Source: Nitrospirota bacterium (lineage in GTDB: Bacteria; Nitrospirota; JACRHJ01). Taken from it: a DNA stretch of 64,000 bases. The notes under the pieces were generated by a model. That model had not been told where the DNA came from, made no database searches, and was given only the letters and a program-made list of their open reading frames with translations. Numbering within the stretch: the stretch's first letter is position 1; every line of letters starts with the position of its first letter. Where the stretch lies: the NCBI GenBank assembly GCA_963733375.1, contig CAVTDB010000026.1, positions 128,001-192,000 of the forward strand, in the 5' to 3' direction. The position numbers and the translations under genes were made by a program. This document shows positions 61,887-64,000 of the stretch, in pieces.

Positions 61887-63483
61887 TTAAGAGACCCGGA
61901 ATTTATAGACCTCGTTCGTGCCGGGGTCTATCACGTGTACCGTACAGGCGAGGCACGGGTCGAAAGAATGCACCACGCGCAGGATTTCCAGGGGCTTCGC
62001 CGGATCCACGACGGGAGTCCCGATGAGGGCCTCCTCTATCGGCCCGCGTATGCCCTTGTCGTCTCTCGGCCCCACGTTCCAGGTAGTCGGTACGACCAAC
62101 TGGTAGCTTTTCAGCACCTTGTTCTCGATGGTGTTCCAATGTCCTAACGCGCCCCGCGGCGCTTCCCAGAGGCCGATGCCGCTTGCCTTGTCCGGCAGCT
62201 CGTACTGCTGGAAGAGCTTGGTATCGCCGGCGCCTAAATTCTTTGCGAGCTGGGCCGTCCAGCCCACCATCGCATCGGCGACAATCTTCGTCTCAAGCGC
62301 CCTTGCCGCGATTCGGCCAAGCACGGACATCAGGACCTCCGGCTTTCCCGCCACTCCCAGCGCTTTCAGCGTGCCGTCGATAAGTTCCTTCGCCTGCGGC
62401 TGTCCTGAAACATATGCCACCAGCATTCTGGACAGTGCGCCGACTTCCATAGGCTTGCCGTTAAGCCTGGGAGCCTTTGCCCAGGTATATTTGGAATTTG
62501 TATCAAAACCGGTATAATCCGGCAGCGTCTCGCCCTGCGCCGGGTTGAGGGCGGGGCCCTTCTTGTAGAAGCCGTGGGTGACGTCCTCCGTGACCATCTC
62601 CGGGCCGACCTTCTGAGGCGTGAGGCCCTTGTCCGCAAACACCGCGCCGCGGGGCAGAAGCCTCTTGTACGGGTCCCTGGTCGCCAGGTCTTCGAACACG
62701 CCCCAGGCCAGGTAATTTCCGTGCCCCTTGCCTATGCCCGCCCAGTCGAGATAAAAAGGCGCCACGGCAAGGACGTCCGGGATGAACACAGTTGTCAATG
62801 AACGTTTGAAGCTTCTTCAGCCTGTAAAGGAAGTGGGCTATCAGATCCAGGTTGACTATCGCGTTTACGCCTCCGGGCGGCGAGGTCATGGTCATGGGCA
62901 TCCTGCCGCCGAACAGGGCGGACATGCTCGCGGCTTCCGCCTGCATGTCGAGCGCGTCCAGATAATGCGAGACTGCCAGCAGGTTAACCTCCGGCGGCAG
63001 CTTATATGCCGGATGTCCCCAGTAGGCATTTGCAAATGGGCCGAGCTGGCCGGACTCCACGAACGTCTTCAGCTTGCCTTGTACGGCCAGGAGTTTCGGG
63101 TCGCTCGTTTTCGCCGAGAGCGCGGAAACCACGTCCACGTAATCCAGCGCCGCCAAGTGGTAAAACCAGAGTATGTGCGAGTGCAGGAACTGGCAGCCTT
63201 CTATCATGTTCCTCAGTATCAAGGCGTTGTCCGGTATCTTCACCTTGAAAGAGTCGTCCAGGCTCATCGAGGCGGTATGGCCATGGGAGGTGGGGCAGAC
63301 GCCGCATACCCGCTGGGTAAACTGCCAGGCGTCCCTGGGGTCTCTGCCCTGGAGAATTATCTCGAATCCCCGGAAGAGAGTGCCGGAAGTCCAGGCGTCT
63401 TTTACCTTGCCCCCTTCAACCTCGACTTCGAGCTTTAAGTGGCCCTCTATTCTGGTTATGGGATCTATTACTATTCTAGCCAT
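61887..63483 (-). CDS. Group 1 [NiFe]-hydrogenase large subunit; frameshift near 62795
   Basis: DPITRIEGH, QRVCGVCPTSH (L1), EAPRGALGHW, SFDPCLACTVH (L2) plus cleavable tail. Confidence 0.93.
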
Positions 63484-63484
63484 A

Positions 63485-64000
63485 TTATTTCTCCTCCTTC
63501 TTGCTGCCTTTGCCGGCAGTAATGGCGGCATGTGCCGCAATACCGACAACCGTCGCGGCGCCAACTACTTTGCCTATGGTGTCGGCGGAGGTTTCGCCGC
63601 CGAAGCCGGGAACCGATACGTTCTTTAGTTGGGCGTAGAACGGGTGGAATACGTCCGGCCACTTCATGTCGTAACAGCCTATGCACGGCCCGCCCGCCAT
63701 GATGCACCAGCTCGCATTGTCGTTGTAACGGATAGTGGGGCAGGGGGCGTACGTCATCGGGCCCTTGCAGCCCATCTTGTACAGGCAGTACCCTTTATCC
63801 ATTTCAGGGGTGCCGAAAGCCTCCACGAACTTGCCCGCCTCGAAATATGCCCGGCGCTCGCATTGCTCATGGATGGTCTTGGAATAGAACATCTTGGGCC
63901 TGCCCATCTCGTCCAAATCCGGGAGCTTGCCGAAAAGCAGGTAATTCACGATTACCGCCACCAGCATCTTCGGGTCCGCGGGACAGCCCGGAAGGTTCAC
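63485..64000 (-). CDS. [NiFe]-hydrogenase small subunit, C-terminal part with TM anchor
   Basis: PGCP, IHEQCERR, CLYKMGCKGP, WCIMAGGPCIGC, TM helix ending AAHAA. Confidence 0.92.
   Translation of the reverse strand: MNLPGCPADPKMLVAVIVNYLLFGKLPDLDEMGRPKMFYSKTIHEQCERRAYFEAGKFVEAFGTPEMDKGYCLYKMGCKGPMTYAPCPTIRYNDNASWCIMAGGPCIGCYDMKWPDVFHPFYAQLKNVSVPGFGGETSADTIGKVVGAATVVGIAAHAAITAGKGSKKEEK

Overview
A roughly 55-60% GC bacterial chromosome segment from an anaerobe with dissimilatory sulfur metabolism. Gene style resembles Nitrospirota or Deltaproteobacteria-like lineages; taxonomy is an inference only. About 20 genes carry single-base frameshifts and one 1.1-kb stretch has no T, which points to an error-prone long-read consensus rather than real pseudogenes. 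Left to right: (1) the start of a Wzx-type flippase and two tandem paralogous secreted NHL/Ig/beta-helix proteins; (2) a cluster of ferrosome-type accessory proteins (two GxxxG/DUF5132-like, three R-rich HMA2 domains, an amphipathic repeat protein) built around a P2A Ca2+-type ATPase and a MetK homolog with a remodelled methionine pocket; (3) ornithine-lipid and two-component genes with PhoB-like 11-bp repeats; (4) a KaiC-like ATPase/PAS kinase triad, tag, an esterase, a pentaheme cytochrome and six tRNAs; (5) a ~21-kb dsr region: dsrN, dsrC, dsrMK, a diheme DsrJ-like protein, then a Rieske/cytochrome b6/subunit IV/cytochrome c module in place of dsrOP, followed by dsrEFH, dsrABD, dsrL, nfnAB, tusA, a DsrC-like gene and cobA; (6) a membrane-bound [NiFe]-hydrogenase operon. 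The two best candidates for undescribed systems are the DsrMKJ-Rieske/cytochrome b hybrid complex and the ferrosome-like P2A-ATPase/MetK-like cluster.
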